The notes under the pieces: generated by a model
Seen by the model: the letters and a program-made list of their open reading frames with translations, nothing else
What the model was told of the DNA's origin: nothing
The model's database searches: none
Assembly (NCBI GenBank): GCA_964187785.1
Contig: OZ076409.1
Coordinates: 51,338,001-51,402,000 of the forward strand
Origin: Amphiscolops sp. MND2022
Lineage: Eukaryota
Length of the DNA stretch: 64,000 nt
Direction of reading: 5' to 3'
Made by a program: the position numbers and the translations under genes
Shown: positions 26,101-39,363 of the stretch, piece by piece
How the letters are laid out: every line of letters begins with the position of its first letter
Position numbering within the stretch: position 1 is the first letter of the stretch

Positions 26101-28525
26101 TAAAAATGGGAAATTTTGCAGTTTTTACTAATTTGGGGTCATTCTTGGGTCTTTCTGGGGTCCTTGAGGTCAACTAAAAAAGTCCGAAAATCTCCACAAA
26201 TACAAATTGCACGTAGCCAAATTTATGTGAGTTGAATTCTATGGGTTAAATATAAAGTTAAATATAAATTTGGTGCTTGGCAAATTTTGTAAAAAAAAAC
26301 CCGTTTGATTTTAATATTTTCCTTTCCCATATGAAATATGGGCGGAAAATCATAATAACAGCCCAAAAGCAGTACAGTGGCTTGTGAACCGCGACACACC
26401 TTTTAGCAACCAAGGTTCAGTACAAATACATGTAGTTTGACAAAAGTACGTCACTATAATACCCGAAGAAGGTTTGAACAGCGTATTTTATTGTATTGTG
26501 CTCCATAATCACAAAAGCCTATTCTACTTGTTTTTTTGCAAGAACAACTTTGCCCTTGGCTCGTTTAATTTCCAGAAAAGAGGTTGGAGACAATTTCAAC
26601 AAGACTGGCTCAAAAAGGAACAAACGGAACCTTTCATGTGGAAAGGGCTACTTCACAGAAGTGTACTCAAAAACACAAACTGGAAGACTACAATCTGACA
26701 CTTATGAAAGGTTTAAAAAAGCATCAGCGTTCGTCAAATTAGGTCAGCAAATTTGTACAGAAATTGACCGCATAATTTTTTTTCAAATATAATGAAAATC
26801 GGCCAGGTACCGTTGATTTTGTGAATAACAAATTCTAGTCGAGACTGTTGGAACTTTTTCGCTGCATGCAGGATGTACTTTTTAAAAGACCTAGAAAATT
26901 GAGTGAAGTTCCGTAAGTCTTGTAGGATAACACTGTTTAACACCACTACTGCAAATAAATTTGAAAATATTTCTCACATTGTTAACAACATGATAACGTT
27001 ACTTTCACACGTTATTTCTTCGATCTAACCTTTGAGCATGGACTGCAAAGGCGAACTTGTCTGGAAGATCCTGACAGTGAGAGTAGGCACGTAGACACCA
27101 GCGTAGCTTTCACCTGTGATGTACAAGTCTCTTCCTTGGTATTCCGGGAACTTTTGCAGGAAATGCTCGAGAGCAATGAAGTTTTGAAGAGAAGCTCCGT
27201 CATCGGACACAGTACAGCGGCCGTTTTTCGAATAGGAGTACCCAACACAGGCTGGCGACTCTGAAAAAATGAGTTTAGAGACGAAATAAAAATAGAAGAG
27301 TAACAGTGAAAGAGAGAGCTCGAAACACCCAGTATTCTCAAATAGTTTTGTGACGCGGTGATAAAAAGGCTTGAACGCTTAAAGTCGGTACCCCACTTCA
27401 GGCTCAAAAGGCAAACGTCGTTTTTAAAAAAAATCTCATAGTTACTAAAACATTCACAGCAGTTTGCAAGCAATTCACAGAGCAAACTTCGCTTCTGTAT
27501 ATACAAAACGAAGAATGCTGTAGTTTGTTCATAGCTTTCTCATAACCCAACAACTTAAAAGTCATTTTTCCATTTAGAGAAATTGAAGATCGATGAACGA
27601 AGAAACAATAAGCTCGAAACACTGTGTAGAGTAGCTCGAGTTATAGGGCAAGCATTTGGAATACCTAGATAAATCATGTTGGCGAAAAGGTTCCAAGCGT
27701 AGGGATTCTCAATGAGACTGTCACCACTTTCATCTACCAACAAGGGTCCGTGTTCAGACAGCATACCATCCATGGAACTGCATCCAGGTCCCCCATTGAG
27801 CCAGAGCACCAAGGGGTCACTTTGAGGGTCATTCTGGCTCTCCACAAACCAATAGTGTAGCTGAATGTTTCCATCTTCTGACCCATCCAGGTATCCAGAG
27901 TACTGGTTGTACTTTATTTCACCAGAGTACCCTGGAAGACTGGTGATCTGATCTGGATGACCCGCTTGGCAAATTACTGAAACCAATTTTCCCAGACAGT
28001 TTAAAATGAAAAATTCTGAAAAAATGAATTATAGGCGGAAAGTTTTTTTGTTTCACAAATGCACTTTCGTAGTGTTTCATGAATACTTTGCTACATCTGC
28101 AGATAGGAATTCATAAGACTTCCGCAGAGTTCAATACAGGAAATTATACCACTCTAGCCTTACATATAATTCTATGAGTGAAATGGTATGGAATAGAAAA
28201 GATTCAATTAAAATTGGTTGGTATTTCACTTTTTCGTTTCATCCGCGTACAAAAAACTTCATTCCACGAGTGCAAAAAAATCATTATTTAGGAAATTTTT
28301 TTTGCAACCTTTTTCAGGCAATATTGTGATGTTTCGAGAAAACTTCTTTAGCATGTTTTTTACGAATACTTTAAATTCAGCATTAACTTAAGCATAAATT
28401 CAGCATAAATAAATTCAGAATCACAATTTATTAATTTTTCAAAATTAACGACTGATTTCGTTCAAAGCTGGAAACTTACCCAGGCAGCAACATAATGCCA
28501 ACAGTGGCACGAATGTTGATCGCAT
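20166..28525 (-). CDS. CTSA-like: Serine carboxypeptidase S10 (cathepsin A/lysosomal protective protein-like), paralog 1, 8 exons, 471 aa
   Basis: Exons are 28525-28480, 27976-27665, 27260-27030, 23121-22993, 22599-22453, 21808-21536, 20969-20854 and 20327-20166; all are GT-AG and phase-consistent (1416 nt). The signal peptide is [15 protein letters not shown]. Motifs: [16 protein letters not shown] (Ser), [16 protein letters not shown] (Asp), GAGHTVP (His). Confidence 0.93.
21829..22395. mobile_element. piggyBac-type MITE in intron 5 of paralog 1
   Basis: TTAA flanks both sides (21825-21828 and 22396-22399). Termini are CCCT...AGGG with imperfect TIRs (CCCTAATCGACCCA versus reverse complement CCCTCTTTGACCCA). 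Confidence 0.8.
23760..26400. repeat. Intronic non-autonomous element with degenerate ~180-bp tandem units
   Basis: The motif CTACTGGA...TTGTTGA recurs at about 23832, 24397, 24749, 25460, 25644, 25823 and 26009. The distal end (26170-26310) resembles 43840-43985 in paralog 2. Confidence 0.6.
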
Positions 28526-29156
28526 TATCAGAAGTATAGTTCTCTTTTTTCTCTTGACAAACTTCAGTCAGCAGTCAACAAGTTCAAATTGAATTTTGGT
28601 TTTTATCATCAGGCTCCTCCTCAACGTACGTTGACAAACACTTATCCACAATTTCTTTCGATTGTTTGAGAAATCTGCAAACTCAAATGCTGATGTGGCA
28701 GTGTTCAATTGATAATGCAACACAAATTTTAATCTCTATTCAAATTCGATTCGAGGTGCTATCAATCTGAAAGAATTTGAGTTTAGTTTTGTAGTTGATT
28801 CGGTGCCGCATAATGTACTGAAGAAAGAACATTTCATGGGTAAATTCCAAGGGATAAGAGCCTATTCTTATCAAAGTTTTCTTTCTTTAATTTGAAAGGA
28901 CTTGAGGCTTGTACGTCATTTGGCATTGAAACTAATTACGACCCAAAAGGTTGCACACCCCTTAGCCCATGACACAAAAAAGTCTAGAAGCTTTTGTTGA
29001 TCTAAACCGTCGCAAGAAAGAGAGAATTTCAGGATTATAGAGAAAGAAGGCTCGAAGACAAAGTTATTATTGGTTGCCTTAATAACTAACCTGAAAGCAT
29101 ATACAATTACCATGTACCGTCGTTAAGGAGAATGTAGGCTACCCTATAGGCCAATC

Positions 29157-30522
29157 TTTTGGTCAAGGTCACGCTAGCTGTGAAGACGTGCTAGAAACAA
29201 AGTGAAACGTGACCATAAGAGTGGCTTTTTTCAATCCACGAACTGACCAAAATAGTTCTACAAAGTTCTACAAAGTCTTAAGAGGCTAAATTGTACCATT
29301 TGACACAGTGAACTGAATCATAATACTTCTTTCTTCTTTTTAAAGGAAGAAGCCCCCTTTCGATTATTTTCCACACCGTGAGACTTCTTTTTCGAAAATT
29401 TTTAAATATCTTCAAAGGGTCCCCTTCAATATATTTTTGATATTTTGCAACAAAATGGATGTTAAAAAATCACAAAGGGTCTCCTCTTTTACATTTTTTG
29501 GCACTATGAGACTGTTCAAAATTCTCATTCTTTCTTTTTAGCGTAACATACAAAACGGGACGAGACTAAAGGGTCCCCCTTTCCATTTTTTGGCACTGTG
29601 AGACTTTCCGAATATTTTCTTTTCTCCAGAGAATTTCCCAAAGGTGTCCAAAGAGTTACCCTGAAATTTTTTGATAATTGGCAACAAATTGGATGTTAAG
29701 AAATTCCTGTAACGTCCACCAGTGCATGGCCAAAATTTCGATTAAGAAGACCAAAAATGTGCGAGTCAAGATGGGCGACCTGGCACGTCTTTGAAATCAA
29801 AAAAGTACAGAGAGAACAAAAGAGTCATCCCCCTCATCCCGAACACACCGAGAAACCCGTATAGTCAGACATTCGAAGACATCCAGAAATTGAAGAGAGA
29901 CGAGAAGCCCAGTGTTGTGCCATATTTTCCAGACAATTTCCTGGGAAAACCGAAGAATGGAGGTACAACCTATCAATGGGTTGTTCAAGAAACCCTGAAA
30001 ACTCCTTGAAAGTGCAGAATGTGCTAATTTCAATTAATTTCATGGTTGTGAGTGTTATTTTGCAGATCGTGATGGGACAGGATCTGGTAGATCCTTGTAT
30101 TTGCAATTTAAGATCTTATTCACGGAATAGAATGTACTTCAGCTAAACTCCTGTTTTTGGACCTCGGGAGTATGTAGGAGCGCGCAGGAACCTTTAGGAA
30201 CGTTTTTACGTGCTTCTAGGACGTGTCAGGACTTTGAGTGTGCCGGCTCATCGCCACGGAGCTCTCATTCAAGGGATCTCCTTAGACCAACGGAAAGTCC
30301 CCTAGGAGACCTTTCCGGGTCTAAAGACTAGAGTCTAGGATTATAGTAGGATATTGGTCTCCTGTTCAAGTAATCTAGGCATTGTCCCAGTTCTAGAATG
30401 TAGCTGTTAGCTTGACGCTACACCCAAAGGGTCCCCCCTTTTGGATTTTTTGGGTACTATGGAAGATTTTGCTATTTTTGAGCCTTAAGCGGGGCGCCGA
30501 CTTATTCCTTTCCCGCCTTGTT
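29157..30522 (+). mobile_element. Helentron-type non-autonomous element carrying a nested solo LTR
   Basis: The 5' part matches 17610-17750, AAGGGTCCCC subrepeats are present, and the 3' end is GGCGCCGACTT...CCTTGTT. The left boundary is approximate. Confidence 0.6.
29708..30422. mobile_element. Probable solo LTR (715 bp)
   Basis: The segment TGTAACGTC...GACGCTACA (TG...CA with short inverted ends) splits an AAAT-CCCAAAGGG subrepeat of the host element. The TSD is not clean. Confidence 0.55.
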
Positions 30523-31189
30523 CTCAAGTCCAGACACTTCGGTCTCATTCCCAGATGCCAGTCTCAGTGCCAGTCAGTCCCAGATGTTTCAGTCCCAAAA
30601 ATACAGATATATCAATTCTAGATATTTGGCAAAGGTGAGGCTACCTGCTGTTGTGCTTTTGTTTCCTCAACCAACTGCGCTCTTTGTCTTTTACACCAAT
30701 CAAAATTTTCACAAGTTTCGCAGAATTTGCTTTGCACGGTTGAAATTCTAAAATTCTAAAAAAATTTCTGTCTTCACAGCTTAGAAGCATTTGAACAAAA
30801 AATCTTGAGAAATTCTCAAAAGCTGTTTGTTCCTTCGTCGTTCAACTTTTGGTCATTCTAACCACTGACGCTTTCAAAAGTTTTTTTAAAAAAGCAAATA
30901 TACTGCCAAAATCTGGAAAAGAAAAGCATATTGGTCCATTGATGCTCTTTTTCGGCCATCTTGTTGGTATTCTTTCTTGAAAAAAGATCAAATATCTCCA
31001 CAGATACAAATGTCGGGAACGTTTTTCGCGATTGATTTTTTTTGGAAAAACCATCATTATTTGGGTTTTAAAATAGCAGGAATCGGAATAAAAATTAAGG
31101 GTAATGAAAAATATAATGTGGGTGAAAAATGTTCCTACACCAAATGATTTTGAACCAACAACTTATTCGTTTTTAACATCATTGAAACA

Positions 31190-34100
31190 TTGAAAACAAT
31201 AGCAAACAGACAATCTACTATTTGGCAACCATTTATCGCTCAAGGTCTTTTCACGACTTTGAACTGAGTACCTTCCTGATTGGAAATTACAGTAAAACGG
31301 ATAAAGAAGGTGAAGTAGAAGAAAATTTCTTATGGTGCATCAGCCCAAAAGCTTTATACCAAACGACACAGGCAGAATATCAAACCGAGCCAGATAAAAT
31401 ACCAATCAGAGCTTTGATCTGAGTTATCAATGAATTTTTCTTACCGAAAAGAAAACATATTAAACCTGGGGCAAATTCTGCTGAACAAGCTGAAAAGACC
31501 GGACGACTTTTGGCCAAAATTGATAGGAATCACAAAAGAAAGCAACTTTTGAAGCACAACAGTCGAAGAAGTGCTAATTTCAGAATTCATGACAGCAATC
31601 ACAGACAAGAAACTCCGAGGCGATATTGAAGAAAGATAAAAATCCGAAAAGAGATGAAGATCACAATCGAATTGAGCAAACAAATTACGTATCAAAACAA
31701 ACACAACAAAAACAAAAAAAAACAAGTATAAACTGGGAGAAAAAACCTATACAAAAAACAGACCGATTCATAGCAAGACCGAAAAGTAAATTCAGCAACA
31801 GCAGACAATGCAAACTCTGCAATGCACCGACATGTAACCCAAAACAGAATTGCCCTGCACTAGACAAATCATGCAACATTTTGGGACAGAAGGGTTGTTT
31901 CGCAATTACATGCAGAGAAAATCAAAAGATAGAAAATACCCGAAAATGGAAATACAGCAATTGGAGGAGAAACTGACCAATCAGAGTTGAATTATTCTAG
32001 AATCAATAGCAAGCATAGTTGACCTGAACAAATACTCGACAACAACAGTGGAAATGAACGGGACGGAGGAAGAGTTTATTATAGAAACCGGATCACCATT
32101 CTCTATTATTGCCGACAGATAGCAAAATGAAGGAAAAAACCGAAATACAAAAAATCAAATACCGATTTGAGTATGTAAACAAAATGAGGAGAAAGACGAA
32201 TGGAAAATAACGGCAGTTACTGAACATGAAAAACAAAACAAAACATGCAGGTATTAATAACCAAAGAGACGATACCACAACTCGTTCGCAATGGACTCGC
32301 CAGAGAAATCACACTTACATTAGGAAACATCCAATCGGACAAAAGCAACCAGTCAGAGAAGAGATGAATGATCAATCAAGATCCGGATCTCAAAAACAAC
32401 ACCATCATAGAAAATGCCGAGATGTACATACATTTTACACAGGGTCAATATTCGGTAAATTAAAATCAAAACCAACAATCCTACATCTACAGGAGCCAGT
32501 CGGAGAAACGTAAAAGAAAACTTTGTGCGAAATCCGACGACTTGGAAAGAGTGGAACACGTGGACGAAGATTGTAGTGTTTCCCGCGTGGTGATAACTGT
32601 AAGGAGTTATAAAGTGGTGAAAATTGCTTTCGATTCACGGAAATTGAATGACAGATGCACACAAGTCCGCCCACACTGGCCGAATAGAGAAAAAAAGCCC
32701 TTTCAAAATTCGGTGGAATTAACGAAAGACCGGACAAAAGAACTGATGGTATCGAATATATCGAAGAACTANNNNNNNNNNNNNNNNNNNNNNNNNNNNN
32801 NNNNNNNNNNNNNNNNNNNNNNNNNNNNNNNNNNNNNNNNNNNNNNNNNNNNNNNNNNNNNNNNNNNNNNNNNNNNNNNNNNNNNNNNNNNNNNNNNNNN
32901 NNNNNNNNNNNNNNNNNNNNNNNNNNNNNNNNNNNNNNNNNNNNNNNNNNNNNNNNNNNNNNNNNNNNNNNTTATCAGACGAACGACGCCGATGGTGCGT
33001 ACCCGCTATAGAACAGAAGAAACTGTAGCGGACACTACCGATTTGAATAATGGTCTGACGGGCTTACGGGTTTGGTGATACTCCCTCAATGTTCCTGAAG
33101 AAAATTGTTCGAATGCTAGTCCTTTTTACGCGCGAAGGGTTAGACGGCATTGTAGGGATTACACGAAGAGTAATGAAAGAACATGAAACAATCCTGTTTG
33201 ATGTGCTAGAAAAACCTAAAAAGCTGGATACCGTGCAAGTGGAAGAAAATACGAGTTCGTCCCAAACAAAACAAAGTGGCTGCGGCACGACAAATACAAA
33301 TAGTGACAAAATAGAACGAAGAAAAACAGCAAGCTATTTTGAATTGGAAACACCGAGAAAACCAGGAACAACTGATATCACATCTCGGGGAAATGCGATA
33401 TCTAGCAAAACTTCCGGAACAGACCGTTAATCAACGGAGAATATTAAAGAAGAACACAGAATGGAAATAGGAAGAAGAACAATAAAACACAAAACAACAA
33501 TAAAGAATTTGTTGACCGGAGAACCAGGCCTGGAACATTGATTGGGCAGAAGATGAAAACAACATCGTAACAATCGATGCAAGCGAAATTGGTCTCAAGA
33601 TAAATCTATCGTAGAACTATTCAGAGGGAAAATTAAAACCAATAGCATTTGGAGGCAAGAATGTTAAACGACAATGAAAAAAATATATGTAATAATTGGG
33701 ATATCAACAGTTGTTTGGGGATCGCAAAATACTTCGATTTCATCAATATGGAAAAAAGTATTCATATCACCGACCACTAAGTTTTAGAACCTTTGAATTG
33801 AAGGAACAGATGAAACAAGCATTTTAGTGCTAGGTTAATCAGATAGTTAGATCGGTTAGCAGACCGAGGTGTTACAATACACCACATAGGCCGTAGCAAT
33901 AAAGAATTCACAGATGGCCAGGCGAAGCTCCAAACGAAATGCAGAATCAGAAGATGAACCGGAATAATTTGAATAGGTCAAACAATACACCAAAGAACCG
34001 AAGCAGAGGGTAAGGTGGTCCGAGGGAATGTAGAAAGTCTAAAGTAGTCACTTACTGTATTTTGATCACTACGAGTAAAACCAAATCACACACTGTAACG

Positions 34101-36387
34101 AGCGAAACACGTAACACGTATTTACACTACTAACGTGTTTTTATTGGCTGTTAGTCGAACTAGAAAAATCTTGCTAATTCGTTGCGGCATACGAATCGTA
34201 ATGTTTTTATTGTTAACTTGAAAATTACAGCACGGGCGACAAGGAGGCTCATTACGTCCAAATCAAATGAATGATCGAAGCTATAACTGAAGAGAAAGAA
34301 TTCATGGAGGATGCAAAGGAAAAAGCAAGCATTTAGGCGTGTGATGTTAGCAAGAACCGCAATGATCGCAGCACAACGTTTATAAACGGCAACAATCATA
34401 GTCACAATCGAACTCCGGGAGAAATATGTAAATACGCTACATTTCGGTCTGGCGTCCGCAGCAGAACTCTTCTGGTGGCCAAGCATCAAAAAATACTTAG
34501 AAGAAGCTGTGTGAAGAAGAATACTTAGTGAAGAGCTGTGTAGCCTGTGTTGCATCGAATAATCTAATACAAAAATTATTATCTGAAAATCAAAAAACCT
34601 TTAACGAAGCGAAATAAAAAATCCAAATCCTTCATTGGGATATTTCACAACAAAAAATCAAACAGTGAGAGCCAAATATTAAAAGCAATGGAACGTTTCC
34701 GCGAGTAGCCACCCGTGAAATAATGTAAAAACTCTTGAACAAAAAAACTGAACTTCATAACGCTAAACTTTGTTTAGGGAATTCCGAGGAAAATCAAATC
34801 GGATGGAGACAGACGTTTCAATTTGAACGATAATGTTGAATTCTACGAATCAAAATGAATTGAAACTGCACGTGGAGAGTACATAGAGGCACGAGAGTAG
34901 TTGAAAGATCAATACAGACAATTGAGAACCTTAAACACCTAACTTTGGAGATACATTATGCCTGACCGAACAACATGTTAACAGAGCATTAAATGTAATG
35001 TTATTTAAAACTCACACGGGAGTAAAGTTAACATATTCGAGGTACTCCGCGGTAGAAAACGGAGAACCGAACTGACCATTCTATTAAGACATGGCAAATC
35101 GTACTTTTCAGATTGGTCCGAACTGTCTTTTCAAGCGGAGAAAAAGCGTGACACGAGGCGGAGAATATGAAGCCACAAAATAATTAGTAAGGGCAAAAAC
35201 CAACGCCGAAGTAAGAACGGTGGAGAAACAACCGAAAAACTTCGTTTGGTAAATACCTTTACATGTTTGCAGAGAAAAATTACAATAAAAAATCATGAGA
35301 AAGAAAAGAACATTGATGAGAATTATATAAAAAATACAAACCGCGGTAGGGGGAACAAACATACTGTGATTACCGAAAATTGAAAACTGATTCATTGAAA
35401 ACATATTTCAGCACCGGTTGTTTTTCAGAGCGAAAGGAAGAAGGCAATGCAATTGGGCGACAAAATAACACCGGCTAATCGGAGCTGCCTTCGTGATGTG
35501 GACGGACAGAACATTCAGGGGAACAAAAAACTAAGTGGCATCAAGAATGGCGTATTGAAAATCATCTGAAACCGCACCCTGAAACCAGAGTCTGAGTCCG
35601 AAAGTGAAGAAGGGGAATGAGAAGTGCAACAAGAGGGCGAGATGTACAACACGGATAAATCTCAAAGATGCGCTGAATTTTAATACAGACGATAGAATAC
35701 AAACCGGTGAGAACGAAAATAAAAATATAAAAACCTAAGAAATAAAAACAGAAAGTTTATCTGATAGAAGACCAAGCCGAGAATTTAAAAAAGTGAGAAG
35801 ATTCGGTTGAGTACCATTCACAGAAAACTTTGAATGAATTACCAGTAAGCATTTCAGAATTGAATTGAGTGAAATCTACAGAGACTATTGGATTTTTAAG
35901 CAGAGAAACACCAGATGCCAGAACCCTCCGAAGCCAGAGGAGTCCCAAGAGTGGGGAACGTTATACGGTGTAATACGTTGTCCGAAATCATTCGTTTCAG
36001 CCAATCCAAACAGAAACTAAAAACGATTCCTGAAACTGAAAACTAAAATTCTGAAAAATAGTAAAGAAGATTCCATTTATGTTGATACATATTTAAAAAC
36101 AGCATGTGCATTAGATTAGTTTTGTACGGAACCATTGCTGATACTTTTCTTTTTTGATAAAGTTGGTACAGTGAAAATCCTAAACTAATTGTGATGTTTA
36201 TGTAACAAAGCTGAATTAGAACAACTGAACAACTGGACACTTAATGTTTTAGTAACAGCAGTCTTCCTTTATAATATTTCACGGAAGATTCATTTGAATT
36301 GATATTTTTGTCGCATTTTTACCGAGAATTGAAGTGTCGAAAAAAACCTCAATGCGAAAAAGAAGCTATCTCAGCTTCTGTGTCGAA
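31190..36387 (+). mobile_element. Heavily decayed Ty3/Gypsy retrotransposon spanning the assembly gap
   Basis: Remnants include the gag knuckle CKLCNAPTCNPKQNCPALDKSCNILGQKGCFAITC, protease-like FIIETGSP (~32080), RT-like VVITV..VKIAFDSRKLN, RNase H-like IVTIDASEIG, PIAFG and ITDH, and integrase-like traces at about 34600-35100. Confidence 0.75.
32772..32971. other. Assembly gap (200 N)
   Basis: Run of exactly 200 N; the true length is unknown. Confidence 1.
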
Positions 36388-37150
36388 TGTAACGACAAGC
36401 AGTAACCGTCGTGTTTCTCGTTTATAGAGTAGAGGTGGAGGAACCTATGGAAGGGGTATGGACCCGGGACAAGCGCCTATCGCCAAAAGTCCATTTTGCC
36501 TCCCGACTCGAAACATGTCCCATCAGGGAGGAACTCCCGCTTATTTAGAGCACTTGTAGACATATCACAGTCTGTTACTGCTATCTTTGACGAACATCTA
36601 AAAACGAGCGAGCTCGTGCTAACCAGTTAATTTGCCTCTATCACAGGTTTGAGAATAAAACAAGAAATGGTAGCTCACGAGCTAGGACACGGTAAAAACA
36701 CTGCAATTTACATTTTAATTGGCATAATACAGCGGTAAGAAAGGGGCCACAAGCACCGCATGCAAAATCAAGAGAAACGACTCGTTTTAGGAGTTGTCTA
36801 CAGTAATAGCAAGGGGTAATGCTAATGGATACGCGAGTTTTAATCAGCTCTCAGTCTCAACCTATTTAGAGTTACGACACGACTACGATACGACTACGAT
36901 ATATGAGTATTCTCTGTTTTGTTCTCTGACTTTTTTGTTTCTGATTTTTCTGGTCTCCCATGGTATTTTGCGTTGTTTCGTCTTTTTGAAATCTGGGGAC
37001 TTTTGTTTGGATTGACACGGTCATCAATAACGGCAAATTATAGTCCTCTGAATTTTTGAACTTTTGTGCATAACTGTACCATAGGGAGACGTTACATAAA
37101 CTTAGTCTTTTCTCCGAACAAGTCGAGAAAGACATTACATGGCGCCCCGT
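36388..37150 (+). repeat. LTR-like segment followed by a PBS-like motif
   Basis: TGTAACGAC at 36388 runs to GACATTACA at 37139, followed directly by TGGCGCCC. Internal 36487-36530 is an inverted homolog of 54430-54472. Confidence 0.5.
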
Positions 37151-37534
37151 CTAAGACTGTAAAAGATTTCATTTGAAAAGGTTTGCGTGGAGCAATCCGG
37201 AAGATCCCGATAGTTGAAATCGTCTCACTTGAATCAACAGACACTCATTTCCATGAGAAAAATTTTCCATATCGAGGATATTAGATAAGAAGTTACAGAG
37301 AAAAACAATTTTGCGAAACGAAAAAAAGTGGGGTCACAAGCTATGTCTACAGTTTTCTGGATTATTATACAAAAAAGGTAAAATATGTAAAACTGATCCA
37401 CTTGATTGATGAATAAACATTAGTTGGCGCCACACTTGAGACTCAAATAGAGCAACTGTTGCCAAAAACCTCACAGTGCTGGAAACTATTCAGAACATGG
37501 ACTCAAGGAAAAAGAGTCTCAAAATAAAAATAGG

Positions 37535-38225
37535 AACAAGACAAGAACGTCTCAAGTCGGCACCCCGCTTAAGGCTGAAAAAGTGCAAAGTTTTTAATTT
37601 ACGGACAGGACGTTCCGAGGAAAATGTCACAAACAAAGTAGTGGTTCTGGAAATACCCTACGGCATTCTTTCGTGCTCGGAAAAAACGTTTCTCTAACTG
37701 AAAACAAGCAAAAAAGCCCACAAATTTGAAGATGGGATCCTTCACACTCTTTAAGCGAATTGCTCTAACTGTCAACATGAAAAGAATTGAAGGGCGGACC
37801 TTTCCGTGAAAAAGTTAGAAATTCGAAAAATAGTTGCACACTGCCCAAAAACTCCAAGCAGTTTCGAGTATACAATAAATACTATGAAAAAACTTGAAGG
37901 TAGTAACCCTTTAGTTTTCTTGGGCTCCGTGGTTACCCTTTGGAACATAAGTATAAAGTCTGTAAAAAGTTTACCAGTAAGTTGTTTTGTAAAATAGCTT
38001 TCATGGAAACTCAAGCAGTGAGCAAAACCCCCAAATGGGGCCCCTTTGGTTTCGTGAAGCTTTGTAATCGAAAAGAAGAAAAAATATAGCGAAAGACCTT
38101 TTGCACTTTTCTGGTTTTCATTCGATCTTAGGTGTCCAATAGAACTTGCGGCAACCTTTTGCAGTTCGAATGGATTGAAAAAAGAAATAAAACTAGAGGC
38201 CAAATAATTCGGCACTCGACCGAAG
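37535..38225 (-). mobile_element. Degenerate Helentron-type non-autonomous element
   Basis: AACAAGACAAGAACGTCTCAAGTCGGCACC is the reverse complement of the family 3' end. The far boundary is approximate. Confidence 0.45.
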
Positions 38226-39363
38226 AAATTGTTCTTTTTTGACTGTTAGTTTGGAATCTATTGTTACCCAAAAAGTTACTGGCGGAAAGGAGGGCTTCTT
38301 AGAAAGTTTGTACTCTTTCCACAAATTGTTTAACTTCATTTGAATGCCAGAATTTCTCTTGTATTAAAGCGGTAACTTGGTTGTGAATCAGAAGCTCGCG
38401 TGATGTAATTCGGAAGAAAACTATCTTTGGAATCGTCATTTTCTTCCATATTAGCTATGCTTTTCTTTTTGTGCTACTTATGATTACGTATTACTCAAAA
38501 ACTTTGTATTTTTCAATTGCGCTCACGGCCAAAGACATTGTGTGAAAAATCATTGACAGGTTGCTTTTTAAAATGTCACAATTTGACAACTACATTCCTT
38601 GAGTTTTTCGGACACTCGTTTTTCCACTATAAAAACGAAACGCCAACATTGGCTCTGATTAAATGATTCTCATCATAAACATTTCTCTGAAAATACTGTG
38701 ATGGTAGCCAAAAAATATGAGAAATGATTTAATTTTCGGACAGTGAGAGATTTTCGACACTTTGATGCTGATGGACAAAAATGACAAAACGAACAAAAAC
38801 TAGGCACTATCCAATACTCTTTGTAACAGAAACTATCTTCTGTCGGTTTTGCTTCTTTCAGCTCCCATTGGAAGGGAACAAGAAGTTCTGGATGTTGCAA
38901 TTTTCGTGAAAATGGAGATTAACATTATTTTTTAAATTTTTTTACATAAACGCACGAAAGATGCCTTTTCATTTTTGAACAATGTTTAGTACTTGTGATT
39001 TATTTGTACCTTTTTAGAACTGTTTACTATTGAGATCAGCTGTCTCTAGTTTTTTGCATGGTAGCTCATTTTTGTCAGTTTTTCAACAACTTGAAAATCA
39101 GTGAGAGCTTTGAAATGATGAAGGTAGCAACTGATAATAAAAGAAAAAAGCTATCAACGTTTTGGGACAGCATTCAGAAGTGTCAGCAAGATTGTGAGCA
39201 AACTTTAAAATGATCATTGGGAACTGTGCTGAGAAAAACTAAATTCTGATAGATTCGTTTTTCGATCACACACTTTATTTTTAAAATAGTTAATCGTTCA
39301 ATGTGGAGTTTCAGTTTTTAGTCGTCTCAAAGTACGAGTTGTTGTTTGTGCATATCAAAGCTC

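Noticed and set aside
32542..33078. 178-aa ORF in the ORF track
   Set aside because: It spans the N gap and is an artefact joining decayed RT fragments.
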